The position numbers and the translations under genes were made by a program. DNA of 58,408 nt, the filler included, from Fonticula-like sp. SCN 57-25 (lineage: Eukaryota): NCBI GenBank assembly GCA_001724245.1. It is 5 parts of 5 records of this genome, joined end to end, with 100 filler letters (N's around TTAATTAATTAA, not from the genome) between each part and the next. Parts side by side here need not be neighbours in the genome. Positions count along the whole stretch, not along the records: positions 12,371 to 23,832 come from MEDX01000201.1; positions 23,933 to 35,275 come from MEDX01000202.1; 3 more parts are not named here. One strand, written 5' to 3'. Under the pieces are notes generated by a model. That model saw nothing but the letters and a program-made list of their open reading frames with translations. It did not search any database and was not told the DNA's origin. Below are positions 22,980 through 35,375 of the stretch, piece by piece. The first letter of the stretch is position 1. Each line of letters opens with the position of its first letter.

Positions 22980-23832
22980 ATGCCAAAAGGCGATGTCATC
23001 AAGAAGCTAAAAAGCGGTGCCAATTACGCCTTGCTCAAAACTATATTAGTTTTGAAGCGTCCATCGGACAGCGCACACTTCTCGTGTCTGCTTTGCAGCA
23101 TTGACTCTGACGATGCAGAGCTGTTGACGAACGGCCCAAAGTCGGCCACGAAGGCAGTTCAACGCTTGGCACAAGTTGTTGCCAGGAACAACGAGCTGGC
23201 GATACGATCTTTTTTGGAAGTACAAGTTTACCAACTTCCGCTTCCGCCTACGCGTCGACTGAAACGTTTCTATCTCACAAGTCCGCAGAGCTCGCTATAT
23301 CTGGCCAATATGCGGGCTTCTCGGACGAGATAAATGCCGAATACACGTCAACTGACAGCGGGACCCGAAACATTGCGGTTGGCCACGTGCTCGAGTATGT
23401 GCCGAGCAGCAGCTCGACGGGTTGCAGCAAAACTTGCTGTATTACACCAAGAAGGAGAAGAGTGACCAGACGCCGAGGAAGATTGATGCTACCGCGTCGT
23501 CTATTGAACGCGTGAGTGCGCTGATCGAGAGGATGGCGTCGCCGGCTTCTTTCGAGACTCGCACAAGGCTGCCAATCTCCGAACACTCCTAGATCAGGTG
23601 CCAAGTGCACGTCTCGTCGGGGAAGACTGTCGTGTGGGCGTCGCCATTGTTGACGCGATGGGGTATCTCTACCTCACAGCGCGCAGTGGCAACACGTACG
23701 CAGATCTCGCCTCCATTGTCGCCCGATGTCTCGTCGATTACGAGTGGCCGGTCGAAAAGCTCTTTACGTCATTCACGCGAGGCAGTGAAGGCGCAAGAAA
23801 GACGTGTTGATGTTCTTGTCAACGGCAATATT
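22980..23832 (+). other. Fragmentary coding-like sequence, possibly a degraded transposon-related PIN/XPG-like domain
   Basis: Short ORFs with splice-like sites. Segment VAIVDAMGYL..NTYADLA followed after a frame change by RVDVLV. Truncated by spacer. Confidence 0.25.
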
Positions 23833-23932
23833 NNNNNNNNNNNNNNNNNNNNNNNNNNNNNNNNNNNNNNNNNNNNTTAATTAATTAANNNNNNNNNNNN
23901 NNNNNNNNNNNNNNNNNNNNNNNNNNNNNNNN
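23833..23932. other. Artificial contig spacer (N44-TTAATTAATTAA-N44)
   Basis: Identical structure to the spacer at 12271. Confidence 0.98.
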
Positions 23933-24204
23933 CAATAAATACTTGCAAAGTTTCAGCAACATTATACGCACAATGTACACTTCTTTGGGGTAGATTGCAA
24001 ATTCTAATATTGAATGCTGTGCTAAGAAACACGCTTCACGGGAGAGAAAAAAGTGCAGGTGCAGTATGGCCATACAAATGTTGATGCAATAGAAGATTAA
24101 TGAGGCCAGATTGTAAAACGCAAGCCATACCAAGTATACGAAAACACATTTTGGAGTAACACTCGTAAGCCATATCTCGTGCATTGATTTAGCGCCAATT
24201 ACGC

Positions 24205-27200
24205 TCAACTACGGCGCAGCTCCTCCTTCAGCTTCACAACGAGATCTGCAGGAATGTTGTACTTGGTCGAAAGCGTCTGCGGCTCGCCACTGATAATGTC
24301 ATCGCTGACAAGATTGTTTAGCTTAAACGGCTCCGGGTCCATGCCGAGTTTTCTAGCCGTCTCGGCGAGCTTCTCGACCTCCTGTGCGCGGTCGGCCTCG
24401 GCGAGTTTCCCTGCGCCGCCCTCCTTGTCTCGCATACCCCTGGTGTGTCTCCCAGCCGCGTGTTCCTCCTTCCGCCGCCAGTTTGCCACCTGGTCTTTCC
24501 GGACCTCCTTCATCTCTTGGTGCTCCTTGACACCGTTTTCCATGTGGTGGAGCATGAGCTTGACATCCTGGTGCATGTTCAAAATATCCTCATTGTGCTC
24601 CTTCTTGTCTGCAAGAGTAATCGAGCGGCTGATTGGGATCCAATCGGTACCATAGGGATCCTTCTTACACAGCGCGCTAACACGTTCCTCGATCGAGGTG
24701 TACATGGTCTTTTTCTTGTCCGTCAGGTAAATCGTGAAGAAGAGGTAGTTCCACATGCGGTGCTCGCGGCGGCAGTGCTTGTGGAAGCCGCCCTTGTCGC
24801 GACGATCAAAGTCGTACGAGCGCAGTGAGCAGATAAAACACTTTTCTCGCATGTCGTTGGCGATGATGTTCTGCTCACTACGGAGCTGCGAAAAGGTATC
24901 GACAATCACACCAAAGATCATGTTCAGCCCAATCACGTGGATGAAGATGAAGAAGCCAAGATCGTAGAAATAGCGACCCCACACGTAGGACGTCCAGCCA
25001 CTGTCAAGGCTGCCGAGGCGACTACTGACACCGCCACCTGGAACAACAAAGGCGCGCAAAGAATGGATAGATGACAAAGAAGAGCAGACAATGGAGCACA
25101 ATCATTGCAAAAGAACAATCGATTTGAATAAATAATATATCGCAGTCCGTTAGATTCTACTAGTCTGCAAACGGCGTCCGTACCAGTCAGCAGACCCGCA
25201 AGAATGTTTGTCAGGAAGCACTGCCAAAGTGTCTCGCAATACATTCCATCTGTAATCTCATACGAAACGCGCAGCCAGGTGAAGGATATCATGCTAAAGC
25301 AGTAGATGACTATTATGCCAAGTAGACCGACGAACAAGAGTTGACGCCCATTATATGTAATTGAGCGAGTGGCGTTCTTGAGAACCTTGTTGTTTGTGAC
25401 AACATGGAGCAGGTGGAAGGCGTAGAACTGCGGTCGGAAAAAGCCGCCAATCGAAAAGCCCAGAATCATCATGTAGTACAGATTGAGCAATATACCGCTT
25501 CGTTTTCGCAGAGACGATGTGTCAGACAAGACATTTTTCACCAGGTGGTCGATAAAGGCGAACAAGGCGCAGATGACGTGGACGGCGCCCAACGCATACA
25601 GAACGGTCGGCAGCCAATAAGGTTCCTATAGCATAGCGAGGCATGGGTCAGCGTCCGGTACAACTTCCAACGAAGGCCACGTACAATAGGCGTTGTCTCG
25701 TTGATATCCATTGGGTCGCCTTGCCACGTCACCAGCATGAAGAGCTGCATGATAAAAGTGACGGCGACAATTCCAATGTTCCAGACCTTTGTAAACCTTG
25801 CTATGAAATCTATCAGAGAATTTTGGCGATAGCGAGACTCGTTGTCCATCATAATGCGCAATGTCTGCGGAAAAGCGTCTCAGTAAATAAAGGCATCAAA
25901 CAATGTTTAAAGGCAGCGTACTTCGCAGCGACGCAAAAAGTCTTGAACCTTGTCGGTCGGAGAGGAAGTGCGAATGACGTTGTACTGGATATCTTCCTTC
26001 ATCCAGGTACGCAGCGCTTTGCCGTCGTGCACTGGGAAGTAAACCTTTTCGAGCTCTTTGTCGTAAACAACCTCGATCGAGTTCATGGCGCTTTTAAAAG
26101 CCGCTAGCGCCGTATCCGCCTTTGTCTAAACCCAAAATGATACAAGTAAGCCATTTCGCTTCTAGGAACGTGTTGCATTGTCCTCAAACGTACTTTCTTC
26201 TTGTGTTTCTTTAGCGCTTTACGTGCTTTTCTCGACGTGTCAAATGCGAGATTGCCGCGGCTGATATCGGCAACAACGTCATCTTCGACGACTGGTGCCG
26301 GGAGACCGAGGTCGTTGAAACGCGCAAGGATGGAATAGAAGATTGCGGCGGCATCGAGCGTGGTCACCTTGCAGTCGTCAAACTGCTTGCGATCATGAGC
26401 ATACTCGTCTGCGAGAGGATCGTTCTTGGCGATGAGCTTCTCACGATGGAGCAGCGTAAGCGTCTGGGCATGTTCGGCGTAAAATTTCATGTTGGCAAGG
26501 AGAAGGGGCTTGTCGACAACAGCGCACACCTGCGGGGCAAGGTCCTTTGTCTTCTCATCATTGTGCTCCACCATGGTAAAGAGCAGGCCCGCCATCTGCA
26601 CCTTCAAGGCGAGAAGTTCGGTAAAAAAGCAATACGGATATGGCTTCTTTTGGCGGAAGACGGTGTTGCATATTTCCACGACCTTGTTGTCGAACGCAAT
26701 CTGCTGGTTCTCGCTGTTCCCTGCGCATAGAATGCGAAGCGTCGCGACAAGCTCGGTCACGAGCGGCAACGTCGGCAGCGAAATCGACGGGTAAAGGTCG
26801 TGCAGGTACGCGGCCACCTCCTTGACAAGATCGACCGAGCGGCCCACGTTGTCCTCCTGCGCGCGCATATAGGCCTTCAAGTCCTTGTCCTGACCTTGCA
26901 CCATGCTTTGCATCACCTGCAGTAGCAGCTTGATTGACTCTGCCTCTTGATTGGCAAGCATGACTGACTCTTTGATGTGCTTTACCTTCATGTTGTTGGG
27001 AACCGCGAGAGGCTTGGCTGAAAAAGAGGGCTTTGTAACCATTGACCGAGACGCATCCTTCGACGACAAGAGGCCTTTGGCACTATCCGACCTCAGGGTG
27101 CTACTCCTGCTTTCCGACGGGCCGGGTTCCATATCGCCGATAATATACTCGGTTGCAATCGAGTTGCGGTTGCTCTTCGACGAGTCGCTCATCGCGCCCA

Positions 27201-30200
27201 TACCACGGTTAATTTCGTACGCGATAAACGACTCAAGACGATCCGAAAGGTTTAGGATGGACTTTCCATGCTCGTCATCGACGTTCGCCTGGGGGTCAGT
27301 TGTAGCTGATACTGGGGGTGCGAGCGTAACTGCGTTGCCGCGCGTGCGATTCTCATCATCAATAAGCTGATTTTTCATCGTGCGGAGCTCCTTTAATAAA
27401 TCCAAGCGCTGCGTGAGGCGGCGGCGGATATCCTCAAAAAAGGACTCTTCGGATGTGCTCTGGAAATAGTCAAGCAGCGCGCGCTGCGTCTTTTCGTTTC
27501 CCTCGCCAAGAAGGTCGCGCAGCAGCAACAGGGATGCGTTGTTGACGTCGTCTCCGCGAGCGTGTTTGGTGGAGATAAAGTTGACGGCAACTGAAGCGAC
27601 GCCCGCGGTACACATGTGGTCCTGAATGAGGAATTTCACATCGGACGCGCGCGTGCTCTTATTCTTGGGGCCCGGAAACTGCGGGATACGAATGACGGCC
27701 GCCAGCAGCTTTAACAAAGCCTCGTCGGTTTCAATGTAACTTTTCGTGTCAGCCTTGTTCTCTTTGCCTGAATAAGCAAATGACTTGTTCATCTTGTTAA
27801 CAATGTCACGGACGCGCTGAACGTCGAGCGTGTACCGCTTGTAGGGAGAAACGGCAAAAGTATCCTCCTGCAAGATCGTGCTGATATAATGGCGGAAATC
27901 TTCGCCGCCCGTAATATGAGCATCCTTCATGTCCTTCGTACTCGTTTCTTCCTCGTAAATCTGACGAAGGCATTTAACGGCCTTATCGAGCAAGATATTC
28001 ACCGCCAAATCCTGCGCATGTGTTTTTTCATAAACCTCGACGACGTCGTTTTTAAAGGGCGCAGCCTGCTTGTCATTGACTCTGGACAATCCTGCCATGA
28101 GTGATTCCACGTCTTTATAGTTTTCAGCGATGTGAAAGTCGGGCTTGTCCGCATTCCCGTCCACATTTTTCATCACCGCTTTGTACATAGCGTCGAGGGC
28201 AGACGAGAAGAGTGTCTTGTGATGGTACGTGAAGCGGTTGGGATGCGCCATCATCTTGGACAAGAAGTTCAGGAACGCCGTGCTGATCTTGTCCACGTGT
28301 AACTTTAAATCAGACACCGTATTCTCGAGCGCCTGAGACGAGTTGAAAAACTCGGAGAAGAACTTGCGGGGAACGGTCGCGCCAGCTTCAAAAGCAAAGA
28401 ACGAGTCGTGCTTTTCGAGCGGCTTCGAAAAGTCCTTGTCAGCAATTTTGTTTAGCGTGTCCGCAATCATATCCAGGACGCGCCAGAATTGTTTGTCCGA
28501 CTGAATGTCCGAAATACGCGTGTCGGTCGTCACCTGATTGGAATCGAGGTACACCCAAAGCAGGTAGCGCAGGTACGGGCGTTTCAAATCAATGTGAATC
28601 TTGTCATGAAGGAGAACATCATACAACTCATTCAGGCTGAAAATTTGCTGAAGAGTTGACACGCAGTTGCGGTTGCCTCCTTCGGCGCATGACGAAAGGA
28701 ATCGAATGAGGCGCCAGTGGTACTCATGCTCTTCGGGCTCCTTTGCGATACCATTCTTTGAATCAAGCCAGTAGTTTTCAGAACAGTCAACGAGCAACTA
28801 GATATTCACAAAAGCATAAGCAAATGAAACAACCCAAACAAGCGCCGCACCTGGATGCGCTTGTCGTTGTCGTCGTCCTCGACAAGCAAAAGCGTCTTGG
28901 CGCGGCGCATCGTCATGTATCGAAGAACAAGGGTCTGGTTACGCTTGAGCGGCAAGTCGATGGAGTCAATCTTGACAATGTAGTTCAATAGTTCGAGCAT
29001 GTTGGGGATCTGCGTGTTATACTCGGCCAGCAAGCGAACGAGCTTAACAATATGCGACTCCTTAATGGCCATGCAGAGGCGCTGGTTATCGCGGAAAAGC
29101 GATGTCAGCGAACGAATCATATCAGGCCGGCAGATTGGAAAGTCGAGAAACATGTCCAGGCGTTCAAAAACTTCGTTCTGCAGGAGTGTGTGGCCACGAA
29201 TTAAGCCTATTGGGGATCAGCATGAGCGACAATGCGATAAACATTCCATAACACGTACTCTGAAGGAACTTGAACATGGACCTGTACAGTGCTGACCTAG
29301 AATTTTCGCTCTCGGTAATCTCAGAGTTCAGCGGGCGGTTCATGAAATCAATGACAATGTCAAGCAGACCAACGGTGTGGAAGAGGTCCTGGTTCACAAC
29401 ATGGCGAGCGTCCTCGTCATCCTTAAGATGGCAGAGAAGCTTCAATTCGTCAAAGATCCGGGCGACCTCTAAGAAAACTTTCTTCGAATAGCTGGCCTTC
29501 TTGGAGAGCGAGCGAAGAACGGGGAGGTAATTTTTGAGCAGAACTTCGTAAACATTTTGTGTTTCGCCGCTCACAGTGATATAAGAATCATTAGTTGCTG
29601 CTAAAAGTCGGTGCGTCGGTGTGTGCAGCTTGTTGATGATGGAGAAGCACAGGTGAGTCATGCGCCAGTCGTCAAACCGCGAGCATTCCTAAACATCAAC
29701 AGAGTCAGATCAGCTATACTTGATCTGGAAATAACAACGCACAAAAAGAGTTTTAATAAAATCCGTGTCGGGAGCTTTTGCATCCAACCCATCACGTAAG
29801 AAAGTAGTTAAAGCTGTCTTTCCGTGTGTGTCGAGCTGCTTCTTGTCGACCCTTCCCAGATGAACGATAAGATTAGATATCGCCCCGTTGTAAGCTTTGT
29901 TGCGACTAGGAATAAAAGGAACTGTAAGCATACGAGCATGCGCTAATCGGAAGGGTGAAGGGATGCCACGCCACGTACATTGTTGCCTTTTTTTGGCCGT
30001 CTGTCCACGCTTTCGAGAAGGTCGAGAGGAAGGAGAAGACGCGGTTGCGCGACTGGATCTCAATAAAGCTGTCAATGATCTTCAGCAAAGTGTACGTCAC
30101 GGCAAGCGCCGACTTGTTGTTTTCGCTCAGCGCAACGTAGTCTATCTTATCCTCGCCCGTCTCGGTGATTCCAAAGAACTCGTCAGTGTTGTCCTTGGGC

Positions 30201-33200
30201 TTCAGCTTCGTGGTGTTCTCATCAGCGTCAATCTCGTTCTCGACCGGGAAGAGTACATCGTCCACAGAATCTTTCGCCTGCGTGTTCGCTGGCTTCTTGG
30301 CAATCATTGTGATATGATGCGTGACAATTTTCTGCAGATCCATTAGACTGGGCGCATTGCAGTCAATATCCACCTCCTTGTTGTAGCACCCTGCTTCCAC
30401 AAACACATGAACCATCTTAAAGTACCTGTTAGATATGCAATCCTGCGGCTCGGGCCAGCGACAAACGTACCTTGAGAATGCTGACTAGTACTTCGTTGAT
30501 GGCATCGCTATTATTGCTACCCGTTTCGTCAGGTGTAACTTTAAGCAGAAATTTTGAGATCCATTTCAGCAACTTGTTAAATTCCGCCTTCAGGAGAGAC
30601 GAGTGGTTCAGTATATCCCAGGGGTAAACTTGGCTCTTTGTGACATCGCTTTTCGAGTTGACCACCTATGCAAGGGTGGTTAAAAGACCTGGCAATGTCG
30701 AACAACTCGTACCAGTGGCTTCTCCAAAAAGCGAGTGGAACTGACATCAACAAAGGCAGACGTCAGCAGCGACACAAACTGCTTGCAAAGCAATGCACTC
30801 ATTTTGCAAATACCCTTCTTCTCAGGAATGACACTATTCATTGAGATGTCCTTCGTCTCGGGGATGCCTTTCTTCTCGGAGATGTCCCTTGGCTCGGGGG
30901 CGGCGGGTTCATAAGATTTTTCGAATTCCTTCAGTACGGTAAAGCACGTGTCAAAATTAATATACTTGAGTTTGATAAGCTCATCGATGGCGTGCTTGTT
31001 TCCGCCCTGGCACAAGTTGGAGACGAGCTTCACGCTGCTAATAATATACTGCTGCTGATCGGGCATCATGGCGTCAAACACCTTGGCTGCTTCCTGTTCA
31101 GAGGGGTGGATAAAGAGCAGCTGCTGCTGCTCGTCTTTCTCCATCTTCCATCGGGCAATGACCTACAAAAGCAGCCATAGTCAGACCGACAACCAACAGC
31201 GAGGCGCGCTCGTACCGGAGCCTTCTCCTTCTCGACAATGAGGTTCTTCAGGATGTATGACTGGATGTCCGCGCGCCCGCGCTTGGCACACGCCGACAGG
31301 AAATCAAGATAAGACGATGTTTTTTCCTGAACAAGGCTGTCGATAAAGTTTTGGATGAACGGCAGCTCGATGCGGTCAAGAATCTCATCGTCGTCCTTCA
31401 CGAGAACCATTAGCATAACCTCGGCATTGATATGATATGGCGCCTGCCAGTGAAAAAAGGGAATATTGTAGGCGACTGTTAGCAAGTTCTTGCGGGATCC
31501 TCCAGTTATAAACTCGCTTAGCACGCCATACACGCCGCAAAGCACGTCTTTCAGCGCTTTGTGTTCTTTGAGTTGCTCGATGTTGATACCAGAGGGATTA
31601 AAGTCGTCCTCAATGAACTGGTCGACCTTCTTGAAGGGCGCCTGGAGCATCTGCAGGCAAATGTTGACGAGGCCAAATTGGCGGAAAATGCGCTGATTAA
31701 CGCGCTTCTTATTACTTTGAGACAGGTCATCTTTCAAACGCGAAAGCGTGTCCATGACCAATTTTGCCTCGGCCGCATTGACTTCCCACGATTCCGCTTG
31801 CTTGCGCCTGCGGATGAAGCCCAACAGGGCCGGGATCAGGCCCATGAGCTTGTTGCAGAACATGACCTCATCCCGTGAGACGAGCTCAACGGTGAATGCG
31901 TCATCGGATTTGACGCTACGGACGCTTGTCAGGTCATACTTTGCGTCATGCTTATCGTAGATGCTGAGGTAATCCACTTTCGAGTCACGGGACAGCGAGC
32001 GCTTTTTCGCGTTGCGGAGCGCCGCCGGACCCTTTGAACCCTTGTCGCCATGAAGAGAGCACGACGTCTCAATGTGCTCGAAGTGGCCGAACGCTTCAGT
32101 CGTGACATCTCCAGTCGAGTCCTTGAACGAGTACATCTTAAACACAACGTTCCTGTCGACGATCGTAGTGAGGGCGGCCGGGAGCGCATCGGGCCCCGTG
32201 CTCTGATCCTCGTTCTTGACACTACCCTTGCCGTCCAAGACCAAGTACTTGCGCGAAGCCAGGTGCTTCAAGCGAATGGGCTTGCCCCAAGAGAGCGGCT
32301 CGCCGGAGGTCGGCTCTTCTTGACTTTCAACCTGGAAGTAGGAGAGAACCGATTCCTTCTCCTCCTTATTGTCAAGACGAATGCGGAGATAGGGAGTGGC
32401 TTGGTCGACGTTGTTGTTCTCGTAGAAGACATCATCAGCCTGGATGTGCGCGTCAAGCTCGCGGTGGTGCAAGCACACTGTGTCGCCAAAGTGAATCGCC
32501 TTCTTGCCAATGGCAAACTCCTTTGACTCGAAACGGCGGTGCAAAACGACAACGAAAGGAGACCCGGTCTGAGACAGGGACGCCTCATACAGCGTTGGGT
32601 CAGTGGAAATCCGGTGTTCCAGCGCAATCTTGAGGCCTGCGGCGCGTCAGAAATGAGCTGCAAACAGAATGCGGTAAGTGTAGGCGCACCGGAACGTTTT
32701 ACGCTCTGAAGGTGAAAAGTATTGCCCTGGTAAATGAAGCCTCCCTCAGCGTCCGCCTCGTGAAGAGGCATGATCTTGAAGAAGCACGACTTGTCGCTAT
32801 CATCGCGCAATTCGACGCGACTTTCCCAGCTCAATTTGGAAGTCTTCTTGGCGTTAACTGAGAGAAACTTATTGGTGTAGTTGTGCTGCAGCTGCACGAT
32901 GTCGCCGTACTTGACCGACTTGCCAGACAAGCGGCGCTGCGAATCTTTGTTCTCGCGCTTGTCCGCCTCGCTTTGGCGTACAAGATTCTGGTAATCCGCA
33001 TCATTCTCCAACACTACAAAGCAAAAGAAGTTTAGAAAAGGGCATTACCCTGCCGAAACGAAAGCGCGCACAGGCTGGGGTCGTCGTCGTGGACGCGTTT
33101 GACTTTGCGGCCGAGCGGAGCGCCGCCAGGCGGCGCGAGGCCTTGTATTTGGAAGGGATGACCAGCTCGAAGACGGCCATCTGCGCAGGTAGGATTTTTG

Positions 33201-33517
33201 TAGGAAGGTGAGAAAAGATTTTTACTTCTTTTTGAGCAACCAGCTGATAGCTGTCCAGCGCACCTTAAAGTTGTCCAGCTGCGGATCCTTCTGGTCGCAT
33301 TCCTTGACAACCACGCTATCCCCCACGGCATCCAACCCACAGAGGTAACCATTGCAGCCCTTGCCGTCCTGTGGATCAGCGACGTTAGCCAAGCAAACGA
33401 CTGGGCAACCTAACGCACCCGCTCGTTGCAGTAGAGCGCTATTGAGTCGCCGTAGCATATTTTGGGGTTTGCTCTCATCCACATCGGCCTCATCGGCATC
33501 CCGATCCCGACCGACAT
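24205..33517 (-). CDS. ITPR: Inositol 1,4,5-trisphosphate receptor (IP3R) Ca2+ release channel, about 17 exons
   Basis: Suppressor domain ICYGDSIALY..NGYL, VKYGDIVQLQHNYTNKFL, MIR repeats (WGKPIRLKHLASRKYL), RVNQRIFRQ, GSRKN, RIH-like LCAGNSENQQ, TM6 FYDLGFFIFIHVIGLNMIFGVIVDTFSQLR, Zn finger CFICSL..H..EHRMWNYLFF. Further upstream exons up to ATG 34288 are possible. Confidence 0.95.
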
Positions 33518-34947
33518 GGCGGCTCGAGGAGGGAAACTGGACGCTCCTTCCCGTGCCAGAAAAAGAAACTCCCCACGTGTCGCTATTGGTCGCACCAAAT
33601 TAACGGTGAACACAACTTTCTTTTTTGGGGTTCTCGGTTACCTTCTCGGAAATCCTGGAAAATCGATTGGAAAGATCGGAACGCTGGTAAAACGAGGTGT
33701 CATTGCCTCCCGAACGAGAAAAGAAGAGCACAAATAGTAGATGACGGCCTGGCTCCAGTAGATGTTGAAAAAAAGATAGGGGAAAGCACGGCCGAGCTTC
33801 CTTTGGTCATTGAGGGTGACCGCTGAAAGGTCGCGGCACGGTCGGAAGACACCTCAATATGAACCCCGTGATTTAGCTCCAAGTGAATATGTAAATTCGA
33901 TCACTTTGCACCTCGATGGTGCGGCCATCCCGGCAGCGGCAGAGCGAACCATGCCACGACCGCGTCGCGAAAGAGCAATAGCTGGAAAGCATTTTAGCTA
34001 CTTTTTGTCGTAACCTTCTCTTCTGAATGGTTGTTGGCTGGCGTTCTTTGTCAGCCATCAGTTGCGCGCGCGGCGGCGCGTGCCCTGATGTGCTCACTTG
34101 AGTCTTGACCTTGGTGACGCGACGTTCCGCTGGGCCGCTGGCTAGCCTCGGGGGATATCTACCAGCGCAAACTTGCAGCAGATGAAGGCGCTCGCTTCGA
34201 AATAGTTGGTCGTGTTGCTCAATACGTGCCACGGTGGCCATACTCTTTGGGGACTTTCGAGTTCGACCCCATCGTTGGGGTCACTCATCGGTGCCTTGCA
34301 AAAATTTTCTTTTATAGTTAATTATATATTTCTGATAAATAAACGTAATAAAATGTTATAATTTGGTATTGGCTGAAACTTGGTTATGAATCCCCATAAT
34401 GTCACCTGGGCGTCCGCTGGAGAACCGCTGAACCGGAAGGACCGGGAAGGTCGAACTGGTCGATACGCCTGCAGATTCTCAACCGCGTCTCCACCCACAG
34501 CTAAACAAAGAATGGTCATGACATTCCCTCCTTACGAGCTCTTCAATACGTCAGCCTATTGAGGGCTGCCAAGCGACCTGCACCTGTGAGACTGCCATCA
34601 CTGGGGCTAGACCGGAGCAGGCACTCGGGAATGCCGGACGAGCCGTGCTACCGGGGCTGCAATGGTGTTGAAACCGAAACCCAACCCAATGGCTCGGGTG
34701 GGGATTGCAGAGCGTGTATTCACCTATGTAGTGGCACCGGCACAGCTCTCTGACCTTCAATATGAAGGCAGTGCGACATCGTAGTCCACTCTGCTGATGT
34801 TCGGGTCACACATCCAAATTGGGATGACATTGCCTATTATGGTAGGCGCAACTTGCCTTTTTAAGAGAGGGTCCCCTGCGCGCCTTGAGCGTCCCAGCGT
34901 CCCGGCGGGCCGGCGCATTGTGTTTGTGGTGCTTTGTGCGAAGCCAA

Positions 34948-35275
34948 ATGCGTGAGAGGCGCGACTCGTCTTTTGCCAAGCACCAGGGCGATGAAGTAGC
35001 CGACGCGGAGAATCGCCCATCGAAGCAAAGACGTCTTGATTTTGCAGACGCCGCAGAATCGTCGCCCGACGATGTTACAGTGGCTGTTGCCCGGTCGTCA
35101 TCCAGCGAGAGCGCATCTACTGACAGCGGAGACGACGGTGACTACGTGGCTAAACCCTACCGGCATTTGCTCAACTCGGAGGTTGGCGCGCTCGCTCAAT
35201 GGGACGCGGTGTGGGCCATCCGCGAGCTGGTGGCCAACGCACTGGATGCTGACGCCGACGCCACTTTTGAATTTA
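34948..35275 (+). CDS. GHKL (HATPase_c-type) ATPase, N-terminal fragment, truncated by spacer
   Basis: WDAVWAIRELVANALDA is a GHKL N-box (E..xN..D), preceded by an acidic/Ser-rich leader with NLS-like PSKQRRL. Confidence 0.65.
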
Positions 35276-35375
35276 NNNNNNNNNNNNNNNNNNNNNNNNN
35301 NNNNNNNNNNNNNNNNNNNTTAATTAATTAANNNNNNNNNNNNNNNNNNNNNNNNNNNNNNNNNNNNNNNNNNNN
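35276..35375. other. Artificial contig spacer (N44-TTAATTAATTAA-N44)
   Basis: Identical spacer. Confidence 0.98.

Noticed and set aside
30790-30905. Short internal repeats in the IP3R (DISEKKGIPE / DIS..IPEKKGI)
   Set aside because: Small in-frame loop duplication with no evident function.
8286-33517. A calcium-signalling gene cluster (polycystin-like gene, NCLX, IP3R)
   Set aside because: The IP3R is on a different contig, separated by two artificial spacers.
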